Position numbers and translations under genes: made by a program. A stretch of DNA of 42,285 nt from Pseudomonadota bacterium (GTDB lineage Bacteria; Bdellovibrionota; Bdellovibrionia; Bdellovibrionales; SG-bin7). The notes below the pieces were generated by a model. The model ran no database searches, was not told the DNA's origin, and was given only the letters and a program-made list of their open reading frames with translations. Numbering within the stretch: the stretch's first letter is position 1; each line of letters begins with the position of its first letter. The stretch lies in NCBI GenBank assembly GCA_034439715.1, contig JAWXAY010000036.1, positions 1 to 42,285 on the forward strand, given 5' to 3'. This document shows, piece by piece, positions 18,026 to 26,628 of the stretch.

Positions 18026-18466
18026 ATGAATGATAATAAAGAATTAGGAAAAGAAAAAAAAATAGAAAGAAAAATCAAAGGCTCAAAAGAAAATGAACGA
18101 ATGAAGCAAGAACAGTTTAGAGTTGTATTGGATAAAGAAGCAAATACAAGCCTAGAGGATTATATGGCGACGGTGAATACAGGATTTATTGGTGGCAAGG
18201 CTAACAAATCTGAAGTTGCAAACTATATTTTGGCTCGCATTAAAACGCTATTATCAGAATCAGACATCAAGGCAATTCGCAACAATTGTTTCGATGACAA
18301 GGAAGCATTGGCATCTTTGAGCAAAAGTGAACAAGACCTGCCTGACATTGTTAAAAAAGCCATTCGAGAAGCTTATGGACTCTCCGAAAGCTCTAAAAAG
18401 AAATTTGTAAAACCAATACTTGAGTTATCCACCAACAGAACTGTGGATAACTCAAGCGCCACCTAG
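18026..18466 (+). CDS. Hypothetical protein, possible ribbon-helix-helix DNA-binding (relaxosome accessory)
   Basis: RBS AAGGAG; FRVVL strand, a helix, then NKSEVANYIL helix; adjacent to the oriT-like region. Confidence 0.55.
   Translation: MNDNKELGKEKKIERKIKGSKENERMKQEQFRVVLDKEANTSLEDYMATVNTGFIGGKANKSEVANYILARIKTLLSESDIKAIRNNCFDDKEALASLSKSEQDLPDIVKKAIREAYGLSESSKKKFVKPILELSTNRTVDNSSAT
18419..18456. promoter_or_regulatory. Perfect 14-bp inverted repeat containing two inverted DnaA-box-like sequences
   Basis: CTTGAGTTATCCAC-N10-GTGGATAACTCAAG; TTATCCACC matches 8/9 and TGTGGATAA 9/9 of TTATCCACA. Confidence 0.7.
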
Positions 18467-18542
18467 AAATTAATTTCTTGCGCCCTTTGTTGAGCCAAAA
18501 AAAACTCTAGAACCCTTGAAATACAAGGGATGCAGGAGTATT

Positions 18543-18773
18543 ATGTCAGACAAGAACATTTTTCTTGAGCTACCAAGCTCATCGCTCTTTGAAAATAGAA
18601 TAGAACCTGTGTGGACTTCTACGAAAGGCGCAGCCTTGATACTCGGAATTTCCCCGAACGCTCTACGAATTCGTAGGTGCCGAGGACAAATCGAGTGTCG
18701 ATATTTTGGAAAGCATCTTCGATTCAATGTGAACTATCTCTATTCCCTCTTGCGCGAACAGCGCGGAGCTTGA
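18543..18773 (+). CDS. xis: Excisionase-like HTH protein
   Basis: STKGAALILGISPNALR...GQI...FGKHLRF winged-HTH pattern; RBS AGGAG; directly upstream of the integrase. Confidence 0.75.
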   Translation: MSDKNIFLELPSSSLFENRIEPVWTSTKGAALILGISPNALRIRRCRGQIECRYFGKHLRFNVNYLYSLLREQRGA

Positions 18774-18785
18774 AAGGAGTAGATT

Positions 18786-19880
18786 ATGGCAATAAAGAAG
18801 GTGATCGAAAACGGCAAACCTAAGTATGAAGTCATTGTAAAAATACGGGATAAATCCGGTACGCAAATTATGAAGCGCAAAAGATGGTTCAACAGTGAGC
18901 GTGAAGCTCGGCGTGTTGAACTTGAACTTTTGATGGATCTAGAGGGCTTAAAAACCAAAGTGACATGGCAAAAATGGATCGAGCATGTTCTTGAAAAGTA
19001 CCGAATCGAATATAGAACTTCGACTTATTTCAACTACAAGCACTGTTTGAACAAATGGTTTAATCCTGTTTGGAATGAAAAGTTTCTGGATGAAATTAAA
19101 CCTAGCGATGTTCATCAAGTCATTTTTGAGCGCTGTAAAGAAACCTCTAGCTACACGCAAAGGGGCCTTTTAAAAATCGTGAAACGAGTTTTTAACATAG
19201 CGATTGAGGAAGGCTTGCTTGTGAGAAATCCCGCCGTAGGAATCCGAGTTCGGTGTGCAGATGCTAATCAGGGAGTTCTAAATAGGAACGAGGTCGAAAT
19301 CTTGCTGCGCGAGGCGCGCAAGACAGAACATCGCTTCTTTCCTCATTGGACCCTGGCACTGCTCACTGGAATGCGCTCAGGCGAGTTGTACAGTTTGCGG
19401 TGGACTGATGTGGACTTAGTGACTGGCAAAATCAATATTAGTAAGGCATGGACCAAACTTAATGGAGAAGGCCCGACTAAGACTGCTAAAAACCGGATTT
19501 ATCCAATATCAAATGAATGTCGAAAATTTCTCGTTGAGCTTCAATCAACTTTTTCTAAGGATTCGGAATTGGTACTCCCGCGATTATGGGAATGGGACCA
19601 AGGCGAACAAGCAAAGGTGTTGAAGAGTTTCTGCGAGGAAATTGGCATTACCCCAATCAAATTCCATGACCTTCGAGCAACGTTTATAACGCAAATGCTA
19701 AACAATGGTGTTCCACTTTCTAAGGTTATGGCCATAGTCGGCCATTCGTCCATTAAGACCACGCAAGGATACTTGCGGTTGTCTGGTAAAGACATAGAAG
19801 GAGCCACCGAGGCGCTCAACATTGAGGTACCCCAGATTCAGGAAGTCATTGGCAATGTAATTCAGCTGAGAAGAAGGTAA
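18786..19880 (+). CDS. int: Tyrosine integrase of the ICE
   Basis: Arm-binding N-terminus, RNPA, TGMRSGEL, TKT, FHDLRATF, VGHS, TTQGY. Confidence 0.95.
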   Translation: MAIKKVIENGKPKYEVIVKIRDKSGTQIMKRKRWFNSEREARRVELELLMDLEGLKTKVTWQKWIEHVLEKYRIEYRTSTYFNYKHCLNKWFNPVWNEKFLDEIKPSDVHQVIFERCKETSSYTQRGLLKIVKRVFNIAIEEGLLVRNPAVGIRVRCADANQGVLNRNEVEILLREARKTEHRFFPHWTLALLTGMRSGELYSLRWTDVDLVTGKINISKAWTKLNGEGPTKTAKNRIYPISNECRKFLVELQSTFSKDSELVLPRLWEWDQGEQAKVLKSFCEEIGITPIKFHDLRATFITQMLNNGVPLSKVMAIVGHSSIKTTQGYLRLSGKDIEGATEALNIEVPQIQEVIGNVIQLRRR

Positions 19881-19934
19881 GGATTTAAACGTGGTAGCAT
19901 TTGGTTGCACAGGATCTAATAATTTGAGATATTG

Positions 19935-19968
19935 TGGGTGGTTAGCTCACTGTCGAGTTACCCATCCA
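19935..19968. terminator. Hairpin between convergent genes
   Basis: TGGGTGGTTAGCTC-actgtc-GAGTTACCCATCCA stem with G-U pairs. Confidence 0.5.
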
Positions 19969-19992
19969 ATTTAAAACTAATTTTGTTTAGTG

Positions 19993-21048
19993 TTAGAAAT
20001 TCGGAGAAAAAACGATAAAGCTCGCGGAATACCGGCGAAGCTGCTCGATAACTCCGTGAGCGTGAAGGGCTCCAAATCCCATGTAAACCACACTGGCACC
20101 TTGTTTCTTTGCCAGCCCATATGAATATCTAGCCATTTCTTCGCTGCGGGCCTCACAAATCTGAGAATTGATGCTTTTAATCTCTTCAGATGAGCGAACC
20201 ACTGTTTTCTCAAAAAAATCTCGAAAGCCGTCCACTTGAACCATTCTTGAACGCGCAGGAAACTTAGAAGCCAAGTAAGCCTTGGCTCGGTCCCAACGTG
20301 AATTTAAATCCGACTTTGCTTCAAAACTCATTTCATAGGCCTTGAGCGAGAGCGCGTACTGAATCGTAAGATCGTTATTGTCATTATTATGAGTTAAAAT
20401 CTTGTCTCCATAAACCTCGCCCACGAGCTGCCCACCAGATATCCACTTGGTCGCCATTAACTTGTAGGCTTCCTCAAATCTTTCAATGAGAGTTTTTGGC
20501 ACAAGGTTAAATTCCGAAGTCCAGAGACCTTGCGGACCTTCAATTGTGTTTACGATTTTAATACCTTGGCGATCCAAAATCGTCGTAAGTTTCAACGTAT
20601 CCTGCGCTAAGGATTCGTGGAGTTCTCCTAACTCTTGCTTTACGAGATTATTAATATGTTGCTCTGGGAAAAGTAAAAAAACTGGTTCATTTGTCTTCCC
20701 AACAAATGCAGCAACAGGAGTCGTCTTGAAATCAGCAGCATTAACGCTGAACCTTCCAAGAATTTGAGCCAGTGATTGCTTGAGAATGTCCTGAGAAATA
20801 CCTTTTTTTGAGGCCATAATCTGACTTGGATTGGGACTAACGCTCGAATCGGCTATTGTGCACTCCTGATCAAGGTCAGTCAGATCATCTTCTCGATCTA
20901 CAATGCTCCGCTGGGAGCCGACATCCCAAACAATGACCCTGGAGCGCTGCTCAAAATCGACTTTGGCGACTGGCTGGGCGTAGACCTTTAACGACAGTGC
21001 CGTTAAAAATAAGCCCAAAATTGTTCCTGATAGATAGCCCTTAGCCAT
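19993..21048 (-). CDS. Secreted hypothetical protein, possibly EreA/ChaN/TraB-like fold
   Basis: Signal peptide VYA|Q; motif order LFPEQH, IEG, RSEEMA, GFGALH. Confidence 0.55.
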   Translation of the reverse strand: MAKGYLSGTILGLFLTALSLKVYAQPVAKVDFEQRSRVIVWDVGSQRSIVDREDDLTDLDQECTIADSSVSPNPSQIMASKKGISQDILKQSLAQILGRFSVNAADFKTTPVAAFVGKTNEPVFLLFPEQHINNLVKQELGELHESLAQDTLKLTTILDRQGIKIVNTIEGPQGLWTSEFNLVPKTLIERFEEAYKLMATKWISGGQLVGEVYGDKILTHNNDNNDLTIQYALSLKAYEMSFEAKSDLNSRWDRAKAYLASKFPARSRMVQVDGFRDFFEKTVVRSSEEIKSINSQICEARSEEMARYSYGLAKKQGASVVYMGFGALHAHGVIEQLRRYSASFIVFSPNF

Positions 21049-21102
21049 TTTATTTGCCTCAAAATCCTTTAATTCCGATCTAGAATCTTAGTCTTGAATT
21101 AG

Positions 21103-21118
21103 AGCAAGATAGAAGCCA
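21103..21118 (-). promoter_or_regulatory. Sigma-54-like promoter
   Basis: Minus strand TGGCTTCTATCTTGCT (GG-N10-GC), 55 nt upstream of ATG 21048. Confidence 0.55.
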
Positions 21119-21363
21119 CAAATATTGTGCCACCAAGGAGAATTCCATTTTGGCCAGTAGGCGTCTGCATCAAGGGGGTTAATTGCCTGATCAGAATGGA
21201 GATATTTTAGAGATTCTTGCGTCTCAAAATCAAAACTCAATATGCTATTCGTCCTTTACTACCATCTGGCCTTTTCGTTGCTACTTGTAGCTTTTTATAC
21301 TCTTCTTCATATCCTTTATGAAACTTAGGATCTTTTAATTTTTTTTCGTCTTTTTCAAATTAA

Positions 21364-21681
21364 TCAACCAGTCCTCTTCGTATCATCCACTTCCACCGAC
21401 AGTTTCAAACCCATCGCTTTTAACAAGGCCCGTAGAGTTTCAATTTTTGGATTCCCACCAGAAGAAAGAGCTTTGTATAAACTCTCTCTTCCCAACTTCG
21501 CTGACTTAGCCACCTCAGAAAATCCATACGCCTTAGCAACATTTCGAAGCGCGACTAAAAATAATTCTTCGCTGTCACCTTTCTCGTCTTCTAAGTGCGC
21601 ATTTAAATACGCTACTGCTTCCGCTGGATCTCTTAACGATTCTATAAGAGAGTCTTCATATTTTTTCACTTGTTTTGCCAT
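21364..21681 (-). CDS. higA: Addiction module antidote protein (HigA-like HTH antitoxin)
   Basis: AVAYLN...ALRNVAKAYG.SEVAK.A.LGRESLYKALS..GNP pattern. Confidence 0.9.
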   Translation of the reverse strand: MAKQVKKYEDSLIESLRDPAEAVAYLNAHLEDEKGDSEELFLVALRNVAKAYGFSEVAKSAKLGRESLYKALSSGGNPKIETLRALLKAMGLKLSVEVDDTKRTG

Positions 21682-21690
21682 AGCATCTCC

Positions 21691-22020
21691 TTATTGTGAC
21701 AAATATTCTTGCCAATATCCTTGCGCCCTTTTTATGTCGCGTTCTTGAGTGTTTTTATCGCCGCCACACAAAAGCACCACAACGACACCTTTATCTTCAC
21801 CAAAATAAACTCGATATCCAGGACCAACATCGATTCGCAGCTCCGAAACGCCTTTGCCAACTGATTTGGCATCGCCTAAATTACCAAGCCCTATACGATC
21901 AAGGCGTTTTCGAATGACGGCTCGAGTCCGAAGATCTCTTAATTTGTTCAACCACTCTTCAAATGGAAGTTTTCCATCACCGGTTTCAAAGATTAACAAC
22001 ACTCTCGGCTTAGCTTCCAC
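21691..22020 (-). CDS. higB: Addiction module killer protein (RelE/HigB-like toxin)
   Basis: PFEEWL..LRD...GNLGDAKSVG.GVSELRIDVGPGYRVYF...LLCGGDK.TQ..DI; GTG start; toxin-first gene order. Confidence 0.92.
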   Translation of the reverse strand: MEAKPRVLLIFETGDGKLPFEEWLNKLRDLRTRAVIRKRLDRIGLGNLGDAKSVGKGVSELRIDVGPGYRVYFGEDKGVVVVLLCGGDKNTQERDIKRAQGYWQEYLSQ

Positions 22021-22040
22021 TTACACCCCACAATTTGAAT

Positions 22041-22078
22041 GTATCCTATGGGATACGAAATGTCCAGACATTTCGTAT
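22041..22078. promoter_or_regulatory. Two overlapping palindromes upstream of the TA operon (likely antitoxin operator)
   Basis: GTATCC-TATG-GGATAC (22041-22056) and ATACGAAATGTC-CA-GACATTTCGTAT (22053-22078). Confidence 0.7.
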
Positions 22079-22412
22079 GGTAACTTTTTGGTAACTGCAA
22101 ATTTAATGCTTAATAATCTCGGCTGGATAGAGGCAGGAGACTACCCCATCCAATTTTCCTAGTCAATTTTCGATACCCAAAAAACCCTGAATAGGGTTCA
22201 TTAGTTAGTTAAATTCATTTGAGAAATCGAAAGTCGATAGCATTTCAAAGAATTTCAGTTCATTTCGAAGTTTGGTAGCACCGTGGTAGTCTGAGAGTTT
22301 CTTGGCGAAACCTTTTCCAGATTTTAAATGCCCATGAATTAGTTCAAGGGCTTCGACTAGGAGATCAGGTGTTTTAAACTGAGCCCCTGACATTGGACAC
22401 TGACTTAAATAA

Positions 22413-23117
22413 TTATTGGCGCCAAAATCCGCCTAAAACACAACTCAGATTTTTGTAAACGGTTTTATCGTAAAATTTTCCTTCAAAAATCGCTGATGGA
22501 TTGGGAGATATAGTAGGATTTGAAATAACTAACTTAATCGGTAAATCGTGCCACTTGTATTCAAAAGTGCTCTCGTCGATAAAAGCACTATCCAACAGCT
22601 GCTTTGTAACTGTTGCAACAACGTGCCGTCCACTAATATTCTCACTCAAATAAATCTGTGCAATTCGAACTCCGGCTTTCTCGAGAACTAAGATATCTAA
22701 ACCCAGTTCGTTTCCATTTGAGTCCGAAGCATCAATCGTGCGGCACAAAGCTTCAATTCGAATAACTTCTTCAGGGAGATCAAACGGTTTCTTTAGATGA
22801 AGATATGCAATATTTTCGTACAGGATAACTGAATGATTGTAAGAAGATTTTTGAATTTTTTTATTAGAAATGATCCTCTCGCCACTGCCGCACTGATCCG
22901 GCAAATGAACTAGCTCTGGCAAACGAATTAGGCCACTATGAGTTAGATTTCCTGATGAACAACTTTGAACTAAAAAATTATAGTTCAAATAATCGCCATT
23001 CTCAGCATCCTCTTTGATATTGGCAGTTGAAAATACAGAGTCAGGGTCAGTTCCAATATATCCACCCCCGTTTCCAGAATCACTTTCTTGGGCAACGACT
23101 TTCGTGTTCGGTCTATC
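22413..23117 (-). pseudogene. 5'-truncated gene for a probable secreted protein
   Basis: The frame stays open 43 codons upstream of TTG 22988 (..KVVAQESDSGNGGGYIG..) to a TGA at 23118-23120, with no start codon or signal peptide. Confidence 0.5.
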
Positions 23118-23298
23118 TCAGGGTTCTGAAATTACGGTAGATTTTGATCCGGTTACGATTTTATAACCGCGCCTACTAAGGCGCAAAAATGATGTGCCCC
23201 ACCCACAATTTTTTGAATGCCTTTGCCGTCAAAGAAATCGATCTTTGTGGGGGCGTTTCTGTTTTCTGCCCGCTCTAAACTTTATTTGCCTCTTTAAG

Positions 23299-24225
23299 TC
23301 AGTTCTGAGAACTAAGTAAGGTTTTTTCTACGGCTTTCCTCAGCTTCGCAGGCGTTAATTCGGTACTGCCGCTCACTAAAATAGAGTTATAACCTCCAAA
23401 AACAAAGGTTACATTTCTTAAGGCGGAAGGGTGATTCATTAACCAAAGAAATTCGAGGCGAGTGATATTCTCACCATCTATAGTCGCACCTGTATCGTAC
23501 GAAAAAAGACTTCTTGGAACGAGAAATACAATTGAACGGCCACTTATGTGCTCCATTAAAATGTTCGTGTGATCATCTACTAATTCCCAATCGACGCCCA
23601 TTTTTTTGTAGGTTTTTTCAAAAGGCTCAAGACCAGAGTATTCTGATACGATTCGATATTCGTCGACGTCTAGGCCGAGTAGATGGCCACCTATATCTTC
23701 TGACTTTTTTAAAAACTCCGGCATGCTGACAATCTTTCCACCGTGACGCTTGATTTTACTAAGGTAGGTTTTTGGAATGGTCGAAAGCTTTTTTTCTAAT
23801 TCTAAATCAACAGGTAGTATTGTCACGCTATCGTATTCTGGAAAATATTCTTTTGGTCCAAGGATGCGCACTTGAGTAATTTCATTTATCGGAGACGGAT
23901 AGCTTCCTCCAAGATGAATTTCGGTCCGCTTTCTTGTCGGGTCTTTTGTAATGTTTAAAATGGGTCCTGTCACCCATCTCTGGTCTTCTAATTGAAATTG
24001 TACAATCGCATTCTCAGCTATCAATTCTTTCAAAAATTTGAGCTTTTTTGGCCCCGACAAATCCTTAAAGTTAATTAGATTTACTTTGGGGGCTTGGTGA
24101 AAAAACAGTTCTCTACACGATAGGCCTTTGGCCAAGGATACATTTGAGAAAAATGAAAGTAGCAGAAAAAGTAACAGAAAACGGCTTACCAAAAGTAATT
24201 TTGACAATGATATCTTCCCAAACAT
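23299..24225 (-). CDS. Secreted hypothetical protein (signal peptide then SCRELF)
   Basis: 308-aa ORF with hydrophobic N-terminus ending SLA|K; sigma-54-like site upstream. Confidence 0.7.
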   Translation of the reverse strand: MFGKISLSKLLLVSRFLLLFLLLSFFSNVSLAKGLSCRELFFHQAPKVNLINFKDLSGPKKLKFLKELIAENAIVQFQLEDQRWVTGPILNITKDPTRKRTEIHLGGSYPSPINEITQVRILGPKEYFPEYDSVTILPVDLELEKKLSTIPKTYLSKIKRHGGKIVSMPEFLKKSEDIGGHLLGLDVDEYRIVSEYSGLEPFEKTYKKMGVDWELVDDHTNILMEHISGRSIVFLVPRSLFSYDTGATIDGENITRLEFLWLMNHPSALRNVTFVFGGYNSILVSGSTELTPAKLRKAVEKTLLSSQN

Positions 24226-24261
24226 GTTTAATTCTCAAATTTTTGAACTTAATGAGAGGTT

Positions 24262-24278
24262 TGCACGAAACGTTCCAA
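24262..24278 (-). promoter_or_regulatory. Sigma-54-like promoter
   Basis: Minus strand TTGGAACGTTTCGTGCA (GG-N10-GC), 37 nt upstream of ATG 24225. Confidence 0.55.
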
Positions 24279-24331
24279 CGTGAATTTAATTTTATCAAGA
24301 CGAATATCATTAAGTTTAATTAAAGATTTAG

Positions 24332-24532
24332 ATGCGGTCTTTATTTGCTAGTAACCTAGGTTACATCCTGCGGATCGGTGCTCTTCCTTTGCTTGGGGCT
24401 TGCGCAATATTGGTTAATGTAAAAGAAGAAATTCGCCAAGGCAAATGCTTAGACCTCGAAGCAAATAAGCCACTTGTTGACAATGGTGCCATAGGAGCTT
24501 GTGAACAAATATTAAAATCATTGAAAAAGTAG
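24332..24532 (+). CDS. Possible small lipoprotein
   Basis: LLGAC lipobox-like motif and two further Cys; no clear RBS. Confidence 0.3.
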   Translation: MRSLFASNLGYILRIGALPLLGACAILVNVKEEIRQGKCLDLEANKPLVDNGAIGACEQILKSLKK

Positions 24533-24663
24533 AAATCTAGACAGGGATCAAACAAATTGGCGAGATTCATATACGCATCTCGCGGACGGGGCAAGAGTGG
24601 AAACTTTCACTGCGCGACCACTAGTACTTCCGCTAGAGATTGCATGCATAACGACTAGCGCCG

Positions 24664-25374
24664 CTAATTCCCAAACAAGCTCGCACAAGTCGCCTTCGTG
24701 GGCTTTGGGATTTTGAAATTACGAGAAGGTATAAGATTGTACCAAAGGTTTCTATTAATAAGAGATTGGACTAGATCTTCCTGGCCTGAAGGCACCGCCA
24801 AAAGAAATGTATTACCATTACTTCCAATATTCTTAGCTCCTGAGCTTAACAAGAGGTTCATAAATTTGCGGGATTTCTCCTCTGTCCAATCCTTAAGTTC
24901 GTGATAACTAGTTGAGCGTGGCGATATCCCGACCAAATGATACTGAACAAAAATAAGCGAATCACCGCTGAGCCTAATTTGCTTTAGTTGCTCTCGAGAC
25001 ACTTCAATGGATTTCTTCTGAACTGTGGAATTAAGTTCCGAAATGCTGAGGTGGTTGCCATCTAGCTCAACTTTAGACACTAGTGTTTTTGGGTAAACAA
25101 TAATTGCCGAAGTCATACTCTCAGATATTATTTTTATTCGTCTCGCCTCTTCTTTTGAAATTGGACTACTGTACATTGTCCCATTTCTGTAGCTGGCTAA
25201 AACAAGGCTAACAATTGGAAAATTTTTACCGCGAAACCTTGTTATGGCAGAGTGACTTGCTTCAACCGACCTTATCAAAAATACATCTTCGCTTTCAGTA
25301 CTCGCTATCCCCGAGGCCGATACCGACCAGACAAGCAAAACAAATAAAATTTTCGACATGGCATTAAAGTACAT
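24664..25374 (-). CDS. Secreted hypothetical protein with C-terminal TCASLF
   Basis: RBS AGAGGG before ATG 25374; signal peptide; sigma-54-like site upstream. Confidence 0.7.
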   Translation of the reverse strand: MYFNAMSKILFVLLVWSVSASGIASTESEDVFLIRSVEASHSAITRFRGKNFPIVSLVLASYRNGTMYSSPISKEEARRIKIISESMTSAIIVYPKTLVSKVELDGNHLSISELNSTVQKKSIEVSREQLKQIRLSGDSLIFVQYHLVGISPRSTSYHELKDWTEEKSRKFMNLLLSSGAKNIGSNGNTFLLAVPSGQEDLVQSLINRNLWYNLIPSRNFKIPKPTKATCASLFGN

Positions 25375-25429
25375 ATTTTCCCTCTTAAAACGCATCATGA
25401 TAACTCTTTACCAATACAAATAAAAACAT

Positions 25430-25445
25430 AGCAATAAGTGTTCCA
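25430..25445 (-). promoter_or_regulatory. Sigma-54-like promoter
   Basis: Minus strand TGGAACACTTATTGCT (GG-N10-GC). Confidence 0.65.
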
Positions 25446-25694
25446 GAGGTACGGTTAGCGATAGCCAATCTATTAGAATAGAGTTTTATAGCGTGCTCAT
25501 GTCTGTCACTGTTAAGACGAAAAATGTACACAGCGGTTATACGATGATATCGATCGGGCCGGAAACCAAATATCCAAAAGTGCCTTTCAGGTCAGGATTT
25601 GAGGAAAACCGTGGCCTGGATCTCAAGTCCTATATTATAGATGCATAAAGTTGGTCGACGAAAATAATAAACCGCTTTACGAGGGGTGATAGAC

Positions 25695-26498
25695 TCAATA
25701 CTTAAAGCAACTCATGGTAAGTCCGATCGCCTCTTCGTCTGGCGACTGTGCGATTTGTGATTCGATCGCACTGACCGATTTCAAAAGAATTTCCTTAATG
25801 GCGGCGACGTCAGCCCTTCCGACACTCAATGCACCCGAGTAATTAAAATCTCCATCCCGGCGCTCACCCACGGAACGCATGGCCTCCAGATGCCAGTTGC
25901 GGTGATGCTGAATTATGAACGGCGAGGTGGAGTCCAAATGCAGCCGATTAACCCCGGGCTCAAATCCTTGCGTCGTTTCTTTTACGAATTGCCACTGGGT
26001 CAAAAAAATCAAAGACTCCTCAACTAATTTTTCTGATATATTTATTTTTTTTGCAATTTTATCGATAGTTCGAGTTTGGGCGCACATCACTACAGTGTGA
26101 ATGGCAGAAAAAACCCAGTTGGAGTAATACTGAGCTTGAATCTCCAGAGGGATAGTCGGAGATTCGCGAACTCGCGATTTTATTTGTTTGCGGGATTCCA
26201 GTGATTTGTTGATTTTTATTTTATAATATTGGCGCAGCTCTGGTGTGGCAGCCCTCTCAAAATGATAAAGCAAAAGTAGAAATTCTGTTTCTGGTGAATT
26301 CAAAGTTAAGAATTTTGCAGTAGCAAATGTCATATCTTCGTTAAAATGAGCACGGTCAGTTAATACCAGAGAAATAAAGCTCGTCTGACACCCGAGAGCC
26401 TCCGCAAGTGCTCGGCGGCGCCCTCGCCGATCACCACTCCCAGGGAATGAATTTCTTAAAAAATCTCGATAGTTAGAGGAGTCAAAGAGGTCATTCAT
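25695..26498 (-). CDS. TIGR02147/DUF4423-like HTH regulator
   Basis: YRDFL...LAEALGCQTSFISLVL HTH, YYSNW..AIH, IIQHHRNW. Confidence 0.8.
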   Translation of the reverse strand: MNDLFDSSNYRDFLRNSFPGSGDRRGRRRALAEALGCQTSFISLVLTDRAHFNEDMTFATAKFLTLNSPETEFLLLLYHFERAATPELRQYYKIKINKSLESRKQIKSRVRESPTIPLEIQAQYYSNWVFSAIHTVVMCAQTRTIDKIAKKINISEKLVEESLIFLTQWQFVKETTQGFEPGVNRLHLDSTSPFIIQHHRNWHLEAMRSVGERRDGDFNYSGALSVGRADVAAIKEILLKSVSAIESQIAQSPDEEAIGLTMSCFKY

Positions 26499-26590
26499 TA
26501 AATTAGTATATCTAATTTAATACATTAATAAATTAAATTATTTATCTATTCTGCTGGAGGCTCTGCCAGTATTATGACGCAATACATTGA

Positions 26591-26606
26591 TGGCTTGCAA
26601 AATGCA
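26591..26606 (+). promoter_or_regulatory. Sigma-54-like promoter
   Basis: TGGCTTGCAAAATGCA (GG-N10-GC) just upstream of RBS AAGGAG and ATG 26629. Confidence 0.45.
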
Positions 26607-26628
26607 CTACAAAAACAAGGAGATTAAA

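Larger units (their letters stand above)
715..19930. mobile_element. Putative integrative conjugative element (ICE): signalling operon, T4SS, relaxase, xis-int
   Basis: Contiguous VirB/VirD4 genes, relaxase-like gene, excisionase and integrase. The boundaries are tentative, based on an 11/12 direct repeat at 715-726 and 19919-19930. Confidence 0.8.

Noticed and set aside
19960..22156. CCCATCCAATTT shared at ~19961 and ~22145 as att or target duplication
   Set aside because: Short match, flanks do not align convincingly, and the first copy is part of a terminator-like stem.
22205..22393. 62-aa ORF downstream of the truncated gene
   Set aside because: No clear RBS or recognisable motif; possibly a gene remnant.
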